This document shows positions 1 through 8,876 of a stretch of DNA of 29,934 nt, in pieces; position 1 is the stretch's first letter, and the number at the start of each line of letters is the position of its first letter. The stretch comes from Armatimonadota bacterium (lineage in GTDB: Bacteria; Armatimonadota; Zipacnadia; Zipacnadales; UBA5352): the NCBI GenBank assembly GCA_034722055.1, contig JAYENL010000194.1, forward strand, positions 1 to 29,934. Reading direction: 5' to 3'. Position numbers and translations under genes: made by a program. Below the pieces are notes generated by a model that was not told where the DNA came from, searched no databases, and saw only the letters and a list, made by a program, of their open reading frames with translations.

Positions 1-2
1 CG

Positions 3-1949
3 CTCGCTGCTGCGAGCGCGGCGTCGCCCGCGTACGCGCAGGCCCGGCCCACCATGCTGGAGGAGACAGTGGACGGGCCATATGCCCTCGCGGGCACCCT
101 GCATGTCGCCGATCCTCAGGCGCTGAGCCTCCAGATCTTCATCGACTGGCAGGATGACCAGAACCACTACCGCATCGCCATGACGCCACTGAGTACCGTC
201 GTGGAGCGGGTGGTGGACGGCCAGGCCACCGCTATCGGCCGCACCCGCGTGCCCGGCGTCCTGGAGGCCGACGCGGACCTGGAGCTGACCGTCCGCCGCG
301 ACGGCTGGCGGATCGAGCTGATCCTCGCTCGCCAGGTGCTGGCGAGGGCGTGGGACGCGGAGCTGCCCTTCGGCCCGGTGGGCTACACCGTGGCCGGGGG
401 GGACGTGCCGGACGCCATGCTCCAGCCCCTGGGCGGCGTCTACATGACCGATGACTTCATGCGCGCCGCCGACGCCCAGAGCACGTGGGAGCCTGTCTCC
501 GGCAAGTGGGAGACGCAGTCGCTGCGCACCGATGAGCAGAGGGACCGCATGGAGGCCGACAAGTCCGCCAATGCCTTCAGCTACTTTGGCTCCTCCCCTG
601 ACGGGCCGGGCATCGCCTGCAGCGGGTACTGGTTCTGGAGCAACTATGCCGTCACCGCCGCGGTGCGCCCGGTGGAGACCGACCCGCTGGGGCTGGTGGC
701 GTACTTCCAGGACCCCGATAACTACCTCGCGGTCCGCTGGACCTCGGCGCTGTCGGACGCCGAGGACGCCGACTTGCTGCAGCTTCTGTCGGTCATCGAT
801 GGGCAGCGCGCGGTGCTGACCCAGGCCTCCGGCGGGCACATCCCCGGCCAGTGGTACGCCCTGCAGCTTCGCATCTGCGATGGCGTGCTGCAGGTCCTGG
901 TGGACGATGAGCCGAGGCTGGCGGCGGAGGCCGACCTCTTCGGCCAGGGCCAGCCGGGCCTCTACTGCGAGGGCCCCGGAGGGGCCTTCTTCGACAGCGT
1001 GAAGGTCGAGGAGTGGACGGTGCTGCTCGACGACTTCGAGGAGCCCGCCGCCGGCCGCTGGGTGCAGGCAAGCGGCACGTGGCAGCGCCGGGACGGGCAC
1101 CTGCGCGGCACCGGCGTGACTCTCACCGGCCGCCCCCAGTGGGAGCGCTACTGCTGGGCCGCCGATCTCTTCGCGGACGGCAGCGCCGCGGTGGGCGTCG
1201 TTGCCGGTGCCGATGACCAGGCCATCTACGCGCTCCGCATCGGCGTGCAGGGCTGCGGGCTGGACTACGAGGGGCAGGCGCAGATCGTCCGCATCGCCGG
1301 GGACGCGGTGGAGGTGCTGTCCTCCGCCCCGGCGCACCTGCCCGCCGGGACCTGGCACCGGGCACGCCTGGTCGCTGACGACGGGCTGCTGACGGGCTAC
1401 CTGGATGGCAAGCGGGTCCTCGACGCCTGGCACGCCGGCGCCAGGGCGGGCCGCCCGGGCCTGTATGCCGAAGGCCCCGATGCGGGGGTCTTCGACGACG
1501 CGCGGCTGGACATGCTGCCCCCCATGCGCATCGCGCGGGTGGCCAAGGAGTTCAGCGAGAGCGATCAGCACCCCGAGATGGTTGAGTGGGCCAGCACCCG
1601 CGCCCCGTGGCTCACGCCCGATGGAGAGGGCGGCACGTGGTGGACCAAGGGCGACTACTTGGGCGATAAGACTGTGGAGTTCGAGATACCGAACGTTGGC
1701 CGGGCCGCCGGGGAGGTGCGCCTGCGCCTGGACGCCAGCCCAGAGGACCAATCCGCCGGCCTGACGCTTGTCATCGCCACCCAGCAGGGCTCTAAGACCC
1801 TCACGGCCACGCTACTGGACGGTGAGGAGACGGTGGCGGAGGGCAGTGTTGAGGTGCAGAGCAACCCCTGCCCGGTCACGGTCGAGCGCAAAGGCACATG
1901 GGTGGTCGCCACACTCGATGGAACGGTGGCATTCTCCGAGAAGCGCTGA
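3..1949 (+). CDS. Secreted multi-domain beta-sandwich protein (LamG/DUF1080-like repeats); 5'-truncated by the window edge
   Basis: The frame is open from base 3 (LAAASAASPAYA-QARPT, which looks like the end of a signal peptide), so the start lies upstream of the window rather than at ATG 54. Repeated jelly-roll-type motifs: GQWYALQLRI..GVLQVLVDD..GQPGLY..FFDSVKV and GTWHRARLV..GLLTGYLDG..GRPGLY..VFDDARL. Confidence 0.75.
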   Translation, partial: LAAASAASPAYAQARPTMLEETVDGPYALAGTLHVADPQALSLQIFIDWQDDQNHYRIAMTPLSTVVERVVDGQATAIGRTRVPGVLEADADLELTVRRDGWRIELILARQVLARAWDAELPFGPVGYTVAGGDVPDAMLQPLGGVYMTDDFMRAADAQSTWEPVSGKWETQSLRTDEQRDRMEADKSANAFSYFGSSPDGPGIACSGYWFWSNYAVTAAVRPVETDPLGLVAYFQDPDNYLAVRWTSALSDAEDADLLQLLSVIDGQRAVLTQASGGHIPGQWYALQLRICDGVLQVLVDDEPRLAAEADLFGQGQPGLYCEGPGGAFFDSVKVEEWTVLLDDFEEPAAGRWVQASGTWQRRDGHLRGTGVTLTGRPQWERYCWAADLFADGSAAVGVVAGADDQAIYALRIGVQGCGLDYEGQAQIVRIAGDAVEVLSSAPAHLPAGTWHRARLVADDGLLTGYLDGKRVLDAWHAGARAGRPGLYAEGPDAGVFDDARLDMLPPMRIARVAKEFSESDQHPEMVEWASTRAPWLTPDGEGGTWWTKGDYLGDKTVEFEIPNVGRAAGEVRLRLDASPEDQSAGLTLVIATQQGSKTLTATLLDGEETVAEGSVEVQSNPCPVTVERKGTWVVATLDGTVAFSEKR

Positions 1950-1983
1950 GGTGAGAGCGCGAATCGCGCGAGGGAGCGCAATC

Positions 1984-4900
1984 ATGGGAAGTATTCGTAT
2001 CCGCGCAGTCGTGGCGATCATGGCCCTGGTCCTGGTGGCGCAGGGGCTGCCTGAGGTCCACGCGGCATCCATCTCTGAGGCCAAGGACCTCATGACGGCG
2101 GGCAGGGCCGCCGAGGCTGTGGCGCAGCTCCGGGAGATCGTGGCTGCCGACCCCGACGATCTGGCGGGCCGATTCTGGCTGGGCCGGGCCCTGGTGGCGG
2201 CGGGGGACCTGGATGGTGCCGCCGAGCAGCTTCAGGCGGTGCTAGACGCCAAGCCTGACTCCACCGAGTCTCGCTACTGGCTTGCGGAGACGCGCCGCCG
2301 GCAGGGGCGTGTGAGAGAGGCGCGGGCGCTGCTTCAGGAGATCCTGGCGGACCATCCCGACCACGACCAGGCCAACGCCAGCATGAGGGCAGTCACCGCG
2401 GAGATCGAGCGGCAGCAGCAGATGCTGGGCGAGAGCCTGGCCGACTGGGTCCTTCCCGTGCCGCATCGCCGGGTGGCGCTGGAGGCCACCGGGCTGAATG
2501 TGTCGCCGGGCGACGTGGACATCTACTCCGATCACGTCTACGACTACACCTTCGCGGACCCGCCCGCTGACTGGACGCCGGCCGGGGGGACCTGGGAGAC
2601 CACCAGTCGATGGACCTGCAGCCCCCAGTGGTCGTGGTTCGGCGGCTTCGAGCAGGACGGGCTGGCTGCAGTCTGGACCAAGCGCCAGTTCGTCGGCGAC
2701 ATCACCGTGGAGGTCTACGCCGGCTTCAAGATGGGCGTGGCGGAGGGCACCCGCAGCTACGGCAATCCCAACGACATGAACGTCACTATCTGCGGCGACG
2801 GGGCGAACCCCGCCAGCGGCTACAGCTTCATCTACGGCGGCGACCTCAACAGCTCCACCCGCATCATGCGCGGCGAGACGACCCTGGCCGAGAGCCGCGA
2901 GGCGGAGGCCCTGCTGCCCATCTGGGAGGACGGCCAGCCCCAGACCTATGACTTCCACCGCAAGTGGTGGATGCTGCGGGTGCGCAAGAAGGGCGACCTC
3001 CTGCAGTTCTGGGTGGGTGATCGGCTTGTGGCGGAAGCCACCGATCCCCAGCCGCTGGAGGGCGGCCGCGTGGCCGTCTGGTCGCGCGACAACGGCCTGA
3101 TTCTCTCGCGCATCAAAATCTACTACGAGCGCGAGCAGATCCCGCGCGACCCCGCTCCCCTCCAGCATCTGGCGGTGCGCACCGTTGACCGGGTGCACCC
3201 GCGCCACGCCACCCTGACGAGTTCCACTCACCCGGGCGTTTACACGGACTTCGAGACGGACCTGGGGCCGGTGGGCAACCGCGACGGCGACCAGGGCGCG
3301 ATGGTCACCATCGCCGCGCCCGGCGCCGGTGGCAGCGCCCACTGCGCCAAGCTGGTGAACCGATACGCCGGCGGCAGCTTCGCAGCGAGTCTGCACATCG
3401 GCAAGTTCGACCTGCGCATGATGCCCCGGCTGGCCTTCGACTACCGCCTGGAGCCCGATGCGAAGGTCAACATCTACCTCACCGTCAACGACAGGCTCTG
3501 CGAGGTGGCCTTCTCCGGCCTGCCATACCCGGCGGGCGGGGCGACTATGATCGGAGCCGTGCCCGACGTGCAGGCCGATGACCAGTGGCACCACGTGGAC
3601 TTCGACCTTCTGGGCCACGTCGAACAGGCTCTGGGCACCAGGGACAGGCTGGTGGCGCACGACCTCTTTATCGGCAATCTCAACTCAGAGGGCTACCTCG
3701 ACGCCGGCTTCGGCGGCAACCGCGCCGGCACCCACTTGCTTATCGACAATCTGGCGCTGTATCGCCCGTCGCAGGGCGAGATCCAGGTGGCGGCGTCGCC
3801 TGGCGAGGACGTGGAGCCCACCGGCTGGGCCATCGCCATGGATCGCGACCCCCACGGCCTGCCCCCAGCGGAGATCACGTCCGAGAATGGAGACGCCTCC
3901 TTCGAGCCTGCCGAGGAGGGCTGGTGGTACATCCACGCCCGGCCGAGGCTGCCCGATGGGGCCTGGGGCGAGACGGAGACGCTGGCAGTGGTGCGCGACA
4001 CCCAGCCGCCGGCGGTGGTGGCCGTCGAGCCCGACGACGAGGCGCTCATTGCCGGCGGGCCCATCCGCATCCGTGTCTCCGACGGAGCGGGCGTGGGCGT
4101 GGACCCGGGCAGCATCAGGCTGGCCGTCGCTGACGAGAGGCTGGATGTGTCCGACGATGCGGTGAGCTTCGACCCCGCCTCCGAGACCATCGAGCTCGAT
4201 GTGGTGGCGCTGGGCCGCAGCTTCCCGCAGAGCGGCAGCCTGTCGGTGGAGCTGCTGGGGATGGCCGACCGCAACGGGGCGAAGCTGGTCGAGCCCGTGC
4301 AGTGGACCTTCCTGGCCGGCCCGGACACCGACCGCTCGGCACCGTCGCTGCCCATGATCGCGGTGGGCGAGGTGCCGGTGCTGGGGGATGACTTCGAGAC
4401 CGACCTGGGCGAGTGGGACAACTGGGGGGCCAGAGCCGGCGCCGAGCTCAGCCGCGACGCCAGCACCGCCGCCAGTGGCCGCTACTCGCTGAAGCTCTAC
4501 AACCCCATGAACGGCGGCAGCTTCGGCGCCTACGCCCGCAAGACCAGGTTCGACGCCGGCCGCTACCGGCTGGTGCGCTTTGCCTACAAGATCCCCGAGC
4601 GCCTCCGCGCGGACATCCTGGTGCACGTCAACGGCTCGCGCAAGAGCATCCACTTCACCGACACCGACAGCAGCTACACGCGGATCGGCGAGGTGCCCGA
4701 CGTCATCGCAGACAACCAGTGGCACCACGCGGCGTTCGACCTCTACGAGATGCTGCGGCGCGAGGATCCGCACGCGCCCGGCTACGAGGTGCAGCAGATG
4801 TGGATCGCCGACACCGGCTGGACCTCCAATGCCAGTGGCCAGGTCTACCATCTCGACGACTTCGAGCTGGTGCCCATCGTGTCAGCGGCCGAGCCGCTGC

Positions 4901-6237
4901 AACTGAGCTGGCAGGTCCTGGACCTGAGCGGCCTGGCGGGGGTCAACTGGGCTGTCGATGCCAGTCCTGACACGGAGCTGCCCCAGCAGATCCTGACCAC
5001 CGCCGATAGCGTGGCCTATCAGGAGCCGGGCGACGTGGACGGCTGGCTGCACGTGCGGGCGTCGGACTCGGCGGGAAACTGGTCGGCCACGGCCCATCAG
5101 CGGCTGCTTGTTGACAGCCAGCCGCCCATCGCGGCGCAGCAGGCGCCGCCGGCGGATGTGAGCGCCGCGGTCTCCGAGGTGTCGCTGGAGCTTGCCGACG
5201 AGGGGATTGCGGGCATCGACCCCGGCAGCATCATCCTCTCCGTGGGCGACAACGACTACTCCGTGGAGAACGCCGGCCTGACCTACCTGTCAGACCGCGG
5301 CCGGCTGGTCTGGAACTCCGAGGAGACCTCGCCGAAGCCCACCATCTTCGACGACGGCGCAGTCATCGATGTGAAGCTCAAGAGCGCCGCCGACTACGCG
5401 GGCAATCCCGTAACCGGCCTCCCGAGCTGGTCCTGGACTATGGACTATTCCAAGGACACCGTTGGCCCACAGATCGCGCGCATCGATTGCAGCACGCATC
5501 GCACGCACGTCGCCCACACCTTCGAGAGCGACACCGACGGCTGGTCCAATCGGGGCGGCAGCCAGGGCGCCAGCGTCGAGCGCGATGCCTCGATGGCCGC
5601 CAGCGGCGAGGCCAGCGTCAAGCTCACCCAGCAGCAGGACGGCGGGCACATGCAGGCTCTGGTCACCTCAAAGGGCTTCCCGGCCGACAAGTTCCCGGTG
5701 ATCTCGTTCGACTACCGCTTCGACCCCGGCGTCAAGCTGGACCTGCTGGTGCACATGGCGGGCCAGTGGTGGGCCATCGCCATGACCGACAATCCCAGCG
5801 GGACCATCGGGCGAGTGCCGGGGATGCGCGCCGACGGCAAGTGGCATCACGCCTCGGTGAACCTGGCGCCGATCCTCAAGCAGCGCCAGCGGCGGGGCCC
5901 GCTGAATGTCGATGCCGTCATCGTGGGCGACCGCAACAGCCGCGACAACAGGAAGGGCGCCACCGCCCACTTCGATAACTTCATCATCGGCAGCGTGGGC
6001 ACTGTCAAGCCCGTCTTCCGCTGGGGGGCCACTGACACGACGGGCGTCGCGGGCTACAGCTATGTGCTGGACCAGCAGCCGGCGACCGTGCCGCCAGCCC
6101 AATCCCAAGGCACGGCGGCGGCCAAGAGCTTCGAGGGCCTGCAGACAGGGGTGCACTTCCTGCATGTGCGGGCGGTGGACGGCGCGGGCAACTGGGGACC
6201 GCCGGCGCACTATGCCATCGTACACGTGTCCGGCTGA
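1984..6237 (+). CDS. Large secreted modular protein: TPR region, DUF1080/LamG-like domain, and three repeats of a CBM-like domain with FN3/Ig-like domains
   Basis: ATG 1984 follows GGGAG and begins a signal peptide (MGSIRIRAVVAIMALVLVAQGLPEVHA-A). TPR motifs (RFWLGRAL, RYWLAET) follow. Three homologous domains contain VPxxxADxxWHH, and HxRAxDxAGNW-type motifs recur. 1417 aa. Confidence 0.8.
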   Translation: MGSIRIRAVVAIMALVLVAQGLPEVHAASISEAKDLMTAGRAAEAVAQLREIVAADPDDLAGRFWLGRALVAAGDLDGAAEQLQAVLDAKPDSTESRYWLAETRRRQGRVREARALLQEILADHPDHDQANASMRAVTAEIERQQQMLGESLADWVLPVPHRRVALEATGLNVSPGDVDIYSDHVYDYTFADPPADWTPAGGTWETTSRWTCSPQWSWFGGFEQDGLAAVWTKRQFVGDITVEVYAGFKMGVAEGTRSYGNPNDMNVTICGDGANPASGYSFIYGGDLNSSTRIMRGETTLAESREAEALLPIWEDGQPQTYDFHRKWWMLRVRKKGDLLQFWVGDRLVAEATDPQPLEGGRVAVWSRDNGLILSRIKIYYEREQIPRDPAPLQHLAVRTVDRVHPRHATLTSSTHPGVYTDFETDLGPVGNRDGDQGAMVTIAAPGAGGSAHCAKLVNRYAGGSFAASLHIGKFDLRMMPRLAFDYRLEPDAKVNIYLTVNDRLCEVAFSGLPYPAGGATMIGAVPDVQADDQWHHVDFDLLGHVEQALGTRDRLVAHDLFIGNLNSEGYLDAGFGGNRAGTHLLIDNLALYRPSQGEIQVAASPGEDVEPTGWAIAMDRDPHGLPPAEITSENGDASFEPAEEGWWYIHARPRLPDGAWGETETLAVVRDTQPPAVVAVEPDDEALIAGGPIRIRVSDGAGVGVDPGSIRLAVADERLDVSDDAVSFDPASETIELDVVALGRSFPQSGSLSVELLGMADRNGAKLVEPVQWTFLAGPDTDRSAPSLPMIAVGEVPVLGDDFETDLGEWDNWGARAGAELSRDASTAASGRYSLKLYNPMNGGSFGAYARKTRFDAGRYRLVRFAYKIPERLRADILVHVNGSRKSIHFTDTDSSYTRIGEVPDVIADNQWHHAAFDLYEMLRREDPHAPGYEVQQMWIADTGWTSNASGQVYHLDDFELVPIVSAAEPLQLSWQVLDLSGLAGVNWAVDASPDTELPQQILTTADSVAYQEPGDVDGWLHVRASDSAGNWSATAHQRLLVDSQPPIAAQQAPPADVSAAVSEVSLELADEGIAGIDPGSIILSVGDNDYSVENAGLTYLSDRGRLVWNSEETSPKPTIFDDGAVIDVKLKSAADYAGNPVTGLPSWSWTMDYSKDTVGPQIARIDCSTHRTHVAHTFESDTDGWSNRGGSQGASVERDASMAASGEASVKLTQQQDGGHMQALVTSKGFPADKFPVISFDYRFDPGVKLDLLVHMAGQWWAIAMTDNPSGTIGRVPGMRADGKWHHASVNLAPILKQRQRRGPLNVDAVIVGDRNSRDNRKGATAHFDNFIIGSVGTVKPVFRWGATDTTGVAGYSYVLDQQPATVPPAQSQGTAAAKSFEGLQTGVHFLHVRAVDGAGNWGPPAHYAIVHVSG

Positions 6238-6261
6238 GCCCGGTTCGGGACAGGTGCACCA

Positions 6262-6287
6262 ACGCGGCGCCCGGTCGGGCGCCGCGT
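6262..6287 (+). terminator. Perfect 12-bp inverted repeat in the intergenic gap (possible pause, attenuator or mRNA-stabilising hairpin)
   Basis: acgcggcgcccg-gt-cgggcgccgcgt, 25 bp after the stop at 6237. There is no U-tract, so intrinsic termination is uncertain. Confidence 0.35.
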
Positions 6288-6303
6288 CCGCGTGGGTGAG
6301 GGC

Positions 6304-7995
6304 ATGAGCCAGGAGGCCGAGCGGACAGAGAGGCGGGAGCGGCGCCGGGCCGCGGTCCGGCGGGCGGCCGGAGTGGGCGCCGTGCTGGCGGTGGCACTGG
6401 CCCTGCGCCTCATCGGGATCACCTGGGGCCTCCCCGACGCTACCCACCTCTTCTCCTACCACCCCGACGAGTTCCACTCCCTCCGCGGCGCCCTCTCGAT
6501 GGCGCTGGGAGACCCCAACCCGCACTTCTTCAACTACGGGAGCCTGTATCTCCACCTGGTTGGCATCGCGGCGGCCATCGCCGACCCCAGCATCTTCCTG
6601 TCCATCCCCAACGCGAGCCCCGGCGGCGCGCTGCTGCCCATGGCGATCCGGGAGTGGACCCTCGACGCCCGCATCGTGACGGTCATCCTGGGTGTAGCCA
6701 CGGTCGCGGTCGTCTACGCCCTCGCCCGCACTCTCTGGGACCACCGGGCGGGCCTGCTGGCAGGGCTGCTGCTGGCGGTGATGCCGCTGCATGTGCTGCA
6801 CTCGCACTACGCCACCGTGGACGTGCCCGGCGCGCTCTTCACCACCCTCGCACTGCTATTCGCGGTCTGGATGGTTCGCGATCCCAACCCTCGCTACGCC
6901 CTGTGGGCCGGGGCCGCCGCCGGCCTTGCCGCCAGCACCAAGTACAGCGGGGCGATCGTCCTGGTGGCCCCCTTGACCGGCTGGATGGTGGCGTGGGCGC
7001 TGGCGTGGAGGGGCGGGGGGAATCGGCCGCCGCTGGCCTCGCTGCTTGTGCCGCCTGCTGCCGCCCTGGCGGCCTTCGCGCTCACCTCCCCGTTCACGTT
7101 CCTCGACTGGCCCAGCGCCTGGCGCGACATCAGCTTTGAGATGCATCACATGCGCGTCGGCGACGACCCGTCGATGATGGCCCTGTATCCCAGCGGCTGG
7201 CTCTTCCACCTGCACGGCCTGGTGCGGGCCTGCGGGCTTCCGGTGCTGCTTGCAGTCCTCGTGGGCCTGATCATGGCGTGGGGAGGGCGGTGGTGGGAGC
7301 TTCTGCCCCTGCTCGCATTCGGGGTGGTGGCGTTTGCCGTCAGCGCTCGGGCCCAGGTGCGCTACGCCCGCTATGAGGTGCCGCTGCTGCCCGTCATCGC
7401 CATCATAGTCGCGCCGCTGGCATCACGCTCGGCCTGGGCCGCGGCCCGGGCGTGGCTCGAGCCCGCGGTGGCCAGGCTTGCCGTCGGCCTGCTGCTGGTC
7501 GCCGCCGTCGCCGCGCCACTCCTGCTCAGTGCTGATGCGCTTTACGATCTCGTGGCTCGCCACCCGCGGGCGGAGGCCCTGGCAGTGCTCGAGGAGATGG
7601 TGCCTCGCGGCGGCTCCATCGGGCTGCTCACGGAGCCGTGGTTCTACCATCCGCCGGTGGACTACTGCAACGGAGGCGCTGCGCTGCGCGATACCCCCCT
7701 CTGGCGGCCCTACCGCAGGCCGGTGCGGGAGCTGGCGGTCGTGGGCGTGGATGGGGCCCGGGTGCGCGAGGAGCTGCCCCACGTCGTCGTGATCACCGAC
7801 TTCGAGCTTGGCGGCAGGCTCCGCCTCGGCGACCCCGCCGCACGGGAGCTCATGGGGGCGCTGGTGGACGAGTACGAGCGGGCGTACACCAACGCGCGCC
7901 GGCCGACCGCCCGAGCGCCCTTCAGCCCGGGCCGCATGGCGCCGCAGGACTGGCGGTATCCCACGCCGCGCATTGAGGTATGGGGGCGGCGGTAG
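6304..7995 (+). CDS. GT-C fold integral membrane glycosyltransferase (PMT_2/ArnT-like, GT39/GT83-type)
   Basis: First TM helix followed by WGLP..FSYHPDE; PHFFNYGSLY; HSHYATVD; ASTKYSG; RYxxPLLP; many hydrophobic segments. Start is ATG 6304 (alternative GTG 6292). Confidence 0.85.
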   Translation: MSQEAERTERRERRRAAVRRAAGVGAVLAVALALRLIGITWGLPDATHLFSYHPDEFHSLRGALSMALGDPNPHFFNYGSLYLHLVGIAAAIADPSIFLSIPNASPGGALLPMAIREWTLDARIVTVILGVATVAVVYALARTLWDHRAGLLAGLLLAVMPLHVLHSHYATVDVPGALFTTLALLFAVWMVRDPNPRYALWAGAAAGLAASTKYSGAIVLVAPLTGWMVAWALAWRGGGNRPPLASLLVPPAAALAAFALTSPFTFLDWPSAWRDISFEMHHMRVGDDPSMMALYPSGWLFHLHGLVRACGLPVLLAVLVGLIMAWGGRWWELLPLLAFGVVAFAVSARAQVRYARYEVPLLPVIAIIVAPLASRSAWAAARAWLEPAVARLAVGLLLVAAVAAPLLLSADALYDLVARHPRAEALAVLEEMVPRGGSIGLLTEPWFYHPPVDYCNGGAALRDTPLWRPYRRPVRELAVVGVDGARVREELPHVVVITDFELGGRLRLGDPAARELMGALVDEYERAYTNARRPTARAPFSPGRMAPQDWRYPTPRIEVWGRR

Positions 7996-8012
7996 CCGGT
8001 GCATATGCCCAG

Positions 8013-8193
8013 CCGTCTGGAGGGGCGGGACTACGTTCCCGCCCGGTCGTTGTGATTTCGACGTTGAGGGGGCCTTCGGCCCGCCGGCGGGCGAGGGCGC
8101 CCGCTTCGCATGACGGAGCCCCGCAGCGGGGCGGGGGGCGCGCCTCCCATGGCGAAGGCAGACGGCGGGCCGGACGGTGGTCCGGCCCCTCCA
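8013..8193. repeat. Composite REP/REPIN-like palindromic element, copy 1
   Basis: Bounded by inverted tggaggggc (8018-8026) and gcccctcca (8185-8193), with internal hairpins. It shares three ordered blocks with 29641-29795. Confidence 0.7.
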
Positions 8194-8277
8194 CGCGAGC
8201 TGGCGCTCGCGTAACGGCAGCACTGTCCGCGCGTTCTTGTCCGACACCTGCGATTCGCTGCGCCATGGGCCGAGTGG

Positions 8278-8306
8278 GTGACAGAGCGCGCCGACGGTGG
8301 TATCAT
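8278..8306 (+). promoter_or_regulatory. Sigma70-type promoter of the polysaccharide operon
   Basis: GTGACA (8278-8283), 17-bp spacer, TATCAT (8301-8306), with an extended -10 TG at 8298-8299. It lies 36 bp upstream of GTG 8343, which has a GGAGG RBS. Confidence 0.7.
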
Positions 8307-8342
8307 GGGTGCAGCATCCGAGCGCGGGAGGGAGGCTGAAGC

Positions 8343-8807
8343 GTGACGGCCCAGCCGGCCACCAGCGAGAGAGAGGCGGCGCGGGAGGTCGCGCCTGAAG
8401 TCTCGCACCGACTTGAGGGCGCGGCGATGCTGCTGGCGGTGGTCGCGGTGCTGGCACTCGCGCTGGTGCTGGAGCCGAGTCCGGAGGGGGTCGGCACGCA
8501 CCAGCAGCTTCTGCCCATGCCCTGCGGCTTCCGGCTGATCACCGGCCTGCCCTGTCCGATGTGCGGGATGACCACGGCCTTCGCGCACATGGCCAGGTGG
8601 CAGGTGGGTGCGGCCTTTGAGGCGCATGTGCTGGGGCCGGCCGCCTGGTTCGCGGCCTGGGTGGTGGGCCTGATGGCGATCCGGGCGATGATCCGGGATG
8701 TGCCGGTGACACCCCGGTGGCTGCAGCGCCCCTGGGTGCCCAAGACCTTCTTCGCGCTGATCCTGGCCGGCTGGATCGCGAACATTGCCCTGCGCATCTT
8801 CGGCTGA
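8343..8807 (+). CDS. DUF2752 family small membrane protein
   Basis: Hallmark motif PCGFRLITGLPCPMCGMTTAFAH, three hydrophobic segments, strong GGAGG RBS. Confidence 0.85.
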   Translation: MTAQPATSEREAAREVAPEVSHRLEGAAMLLAVVAVLALALVLEPSPEGVGTHQQLLPMPCGFRLITGLPCPMCGMTTAFAHMARWQVGAAFEAHVLGPAAWFAAWVVGLMAIRAMIRDVPVTPRWLQRPWVPKTFFALILAGWIANIALRIFG

Positions 8808-8876
8808 CGCGACCTGGCGCGTCGATGCGCGTTCGGTGCACTCCGGCGGCCGTGGGCCGCGGGGGATGGTTCCACG

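Noticed and set aside
1768..1983. N-terminal extension of the 1489-aa ORF
   Set aside because: Overlaps ORF1 in another frame; ATG 1984 has an RBS and begins a clear signal peptide.
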